DNA of 64,000 nt from an uncultured Saccharicrinis sp. (GTDB lineage Bacteria > Bacteroidota > Bacteroidia > Bacteroidales > Marinilabiliaceae), in the NCBI GenBank assembly GCA_963675435.1, contig OY776216.1, positions 4,518,082 through 4,582,081 of the forward strand. Reading direction: 5' to 3'. This document shows positions 61,709 to 64,000 of this stretch, in pieces. Position numbers and translations under genes: made by a program. Position 1 is the first letter of the stretch; each line of letters opens with the position of its first letter. Below the pieces are notes generated by a model. The model saw only the letters and a list, made by a program, of their open reading frames with translations, was not told the DNA's origin and did not search any database.

Positions 61709-62503
61709 ATGGAAAAGTCAGTAATAAAGAAATTGAGAATTGTTTTGTGGGCATTTATAATTATATCAATACCTACAGGTTATTATATTTATTCAGCTTC
61801 ATTACTTGATAAAGCTTATAAAGCATGGGAAGTAGCTTCAATTTCTGATAAAGATGAAGACATCGAATCTGCATTAAATAGAATTGAAAAAGCTGAACCT
61901 TTCGCCTTATTTGACAAAAATCTTGTCAATATAAAAGTTCAGCTTTTGTATCGAAAAAAAGAATATAGAAAAGTGTTGGAAGCAATTGAAGAAAAAAACT
62001 TACTTATTTACAAAGGACTTTTGTATGAACATTTAGACAGAAGTGATTCAGCTGCAATTTGCTATAAAAAAGCAATTCCCATGCTTAAAAAGCAACAAAA
62101 GAAAAATAAAAAGGATGTTCACTTTGCAAATGAAATTGGACGCCAAATAGCTTTATGCTATACTTTCTTAAATCAAACTGATTCAGCAAATAAATATCTA
62201 ACTAAGATTCCTGAAGACTACGACCCTGAATTAAAGGAATGGTTATTACAATACGATTATTACATAGAAAACTATGTTTCTGGTGGCTACAGAGATTACT
62301 TAGAGGGAGAAACATTATTATTTGGAACTGACAGTATTTCCAACATGAACATTGATAGTCTTTTTACTGCTAATAGATTTTATTTCGACAACCATTCATC
62401 TCGTGGGAACAAACATGAATATGAGATTAAAAAGATATTTGAGCAAAAAGCAATCAGTATTGGGATGAATAGAATAAAAACGAAACCCAACAATGGCTCA
62501 TAA
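61709..62503 (+). CDS. Cassette ORF: hypothetical protein with an N-terminal TM helix and a TPR-like helical region
   Basis: 264 aa. The attC R'' box GAAACCCAAC lies in its last codons. Confidence 0.45.
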   Translation: MEKSVIKKLRIVLWAFIIISIPTGYYIYSASLLDKAYKAWEVASISDKDEDIESALNRIEKAEPFALFDKNLVNIKVQLLYRKKEYRKVLEAIEEKNLLIYKGLLYEHLDRSDSAAICYKKAIPMLKKQQKKNKKDVHFANEIGRQIALCYTFLNQTDSANKYLTKIPEDYDPELKEWLLQYDYYIENYVSGGYRDYLEGETLLFGTDSISNMNIDSLFTANRFYFDNHSSRGNKHEYEIKKIFEQKAISIGMNRIKTKPNNGS

Positions 62504-62681
62504 AGCATAAGTGAGCCGACTCGTTTTGGTTGGTTCGCAGCTTCGGCAATCATCGCCCAATCGTTGATTTGGCTTTAAATATGAAAAGATAAAAACAAAT
62601 ACAACGCTTTGGCTTGGTGAGGTTCGAAAGTATGTTGGGTTAAAATCTCACTTACGCTTCATAGCCGAGCCGTTAGGTGGT
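62482..62681 (+). other. attC-like site G (about 200 bp)
   Basis: GAAACCCAAC-AATGGCTCATAAAGCATAAGTGAGCC... pairs with ...CTCACTTACGCTTCATAGCCGAGCC-GTTAGGTGGT. Confidence 0.7.
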
Positions 62682-62778
62682 ACTAGAGCGCTAAAGATTG
62701 TAAAAGGAGAATAAACTAGAAATTTGAAGAATTATTCATTAGAGGTTTAATATGAATGCAAAATAAAAATTACTATGT

Positions 62779-63486
62779 ATGAAAATTAAACTCGTTATTC
62801 ATCTTTTATTGCTGATAAGTTTATCTTCCTGTAAGTTTTCCAATGAGCAATATGAATCAAAAGTGTTAGATGATATTTTTCTCGATTTGTTGATTGAAAT
62901 GTCTGTACAGGGTGTCCTTTTACCTCCACCACCACCTTTACCTCTTGATTTTTTAGACACAAATTATGATACAACAGGTTATGCGCATAAAGTGGCAAAA
63001 TACGAAGAGGATATTTTATTAGAAAAGGAAAGATTAGTAAAAGAATTTCAAGATTATGGAAATAGACCTAAAGAAATGATTTTAGCTATTGCTGATTCAA
63101 TGTCAACTATGGCAAGTCTAAATAATTCTATGTTAGAAAAGGTATTTCCAACCGAAGTATTGTCCGAATTAGTAGAATCAATAGAACAAGGAATAAAGAA
63201 GAAGAGAAAGTTGCAGATAAAAGAAATAACATCAACAGGTCCTTATCAGCTTAAATATTTTAAAGACCTACCAAGAAATATTAACTATGATGATAAAAAG
63301 CTCGATTTAAAATATGTAGGAAGTATTGGTATTTCTAGAATTTACTTTGACAAAGTAAGAGAACATGGGATTTTAGGATGCAGCTATACTATGGGTGCAT
63401 TATCTGGTCATGGTGCATTAATCTGTATTAAAAAAGTAAAAAATAGGTGGATAATAATAAAAAGTATAGTAACATGGGTGTCATAA
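62779..63486 (+). CDS. Cassette ORF: hypothetical lipoprotein
   Basis: 235 aa with the signal LLLISLSSC. Confidence 0.5.
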   Translation: MKIKLVIHLLLLISLSSCKFSNEQYESKVLDDIFLDLLIEMSVQGVLLPPPPPLPLDFLDTNYDTTGYAHKVAKYEEDILLEKERLVKEFQDYGNRPKEMILAIADSMSTMASLNNSMLEKVFPTEVLSELVESIEQGIKKKRKLQIKEITSTGPYQLKYFKDLPRNINYDDKKLDLKYVGSIGISRIYFDKVREHGILGCSYTMGALSGHGALICIKKVKNRWIIIKSIVTWVS

Positions 63487-63505
63487 GAGAATAACACCAC
63501 CTAAC

Positions 63506-64000
63506 ACTTAGAATATAATTAATCACGAACTGCCCAAAAAAGTCCCATCAAACCATCAGGGTGATTCATTATATTTGTTGTTGAACGGAACCGGGATAAG
63601 CGAGCCCATTGTATGGGGATTGATATGAAATGGGTCTTTCATTTATGCTTGGTAAGCATAAAACTCCAAAGTTAAAACAGAAAGTTTGGGTATAAAAATC
63701 ATTAAAATAAAGAGTTAAAACCACCTCAATGTATAAATCGACAGTTGATTTAGCTCTTTTTGTTGGTTATAAGACATACCTTTCCCATTACACCAAAGGC
63801 GGCGTTTATGATATAGAGGCAGATTGAGTTGATTTTGTATTTTTTATTGAGTTGGGACTACCTCTGATAGCCGGCTTAAAAGAAGCTATACGTTGCATGG
63901 TGCCTTGTTTACATTTTGGGCATTGATCGTGAGGATGGCCAAAAAGCAGCACAAATAATTCCTGCCAAGGAATCCCTTTTTTAGATTCCGTGGAGCAAGC
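63506..64000 (-). mobile_element. Second copy of the IS91-like/integrase element (partial, runs off the right edge)
   Basis: Aligns base-for-base with 54519-55012, apart from four substitutions and a 1-bp indel I could see. It starts right after ACCACCTAAC. Confidence 0.85.
63806..64000 (-). CDS. IS91-family transposase, C-terminal part only (window edge)
   Basis: Homologous to 54818-55012. The stop codon is at 63806-63808 (minus strand). Confidence 0.8.
   Translation of the reverse strand, partial: ACSTESKKGIPWQELFVLLFGHPHDQCPKCKQGTMQRIASFKPAIRGSPNSIKNTKSTQSASIS

Overview
The window looks like a chromosomal segment of an AT-rich Bacteroidota genome. Evidence: TTTG/TAnnTTTG promoter boxes, a T9SS-type C-terminal domain, a TonB-dependent receptor, and little Shine-Dalgarno usage.

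Core region, about 1-40.7 kb:
- A partial IS66 element sits next to a complete minus-strand rRNA operon (16S-23S-5S). The 16S-23S spacer has no tRNA, and three tandem promoters lie upstream.
- Then come trpB, a split ThrE-type exporter, and a cold-shock-domain protein.
- A sulfur-assimilation block follows: cobA/hemD fusion, sirC-like gene, DUF2061, cysI, cysJ, cysK, an Rrf2 regulator and a metY-like gene.
- Also present: an orphan MCP, an Omp85-like protein, miaA, a methyltransferase, a GT2 glycosyltransferase, and SRP RNA fused to an array of 8 tRNAs (Thr/Tyr/Gly).
- A candidate sRNA, an acyltransferase-ACP-adenylase fusion, a TonB-dependent receptor and a cytochrome-c/PQQ-type dehydrogenase follow.
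- The block ends with an octaheme cytochrome, cytochrome b, and split YeeE/YedE plus rhodanese cluster.

Accessory region, about 40.8-64 kb:
- About 1.5 kb of non-coding tandem repeat with a unit of roughly 520 bp.
- An iteron-rich stretch.
- An IS21 element with a target-site duplication.
- A 5'-truncated Xer-like tyrosine recombinase.

Main finding: an integron-like array of at least 8 same-strand gene cassettes lies at 46832-63505. Each cassette begins with GTTxxxxxx and ends with the exact reverse complement xxxxxxAAC. The intact junctions between cassettes are 130-200 bp imperfect palindromes (attC-like). No canonical IntI is visible in the window.

The array is invaded by an IS110-family element inside one attC. 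Two near-identical IS91-like plus integrase elements are inserted exactly after attC AAC boxes.

The first cassette is about 6 kb. It carries a WYL-regulator-led four-gene operon (HNH-like protein, small protein, DUF1232-TerB protein) that is a plausible uncharacterised phage-defence candidate. It also carries a peculiar 9 x 21-bp phased TAAGGAA array.
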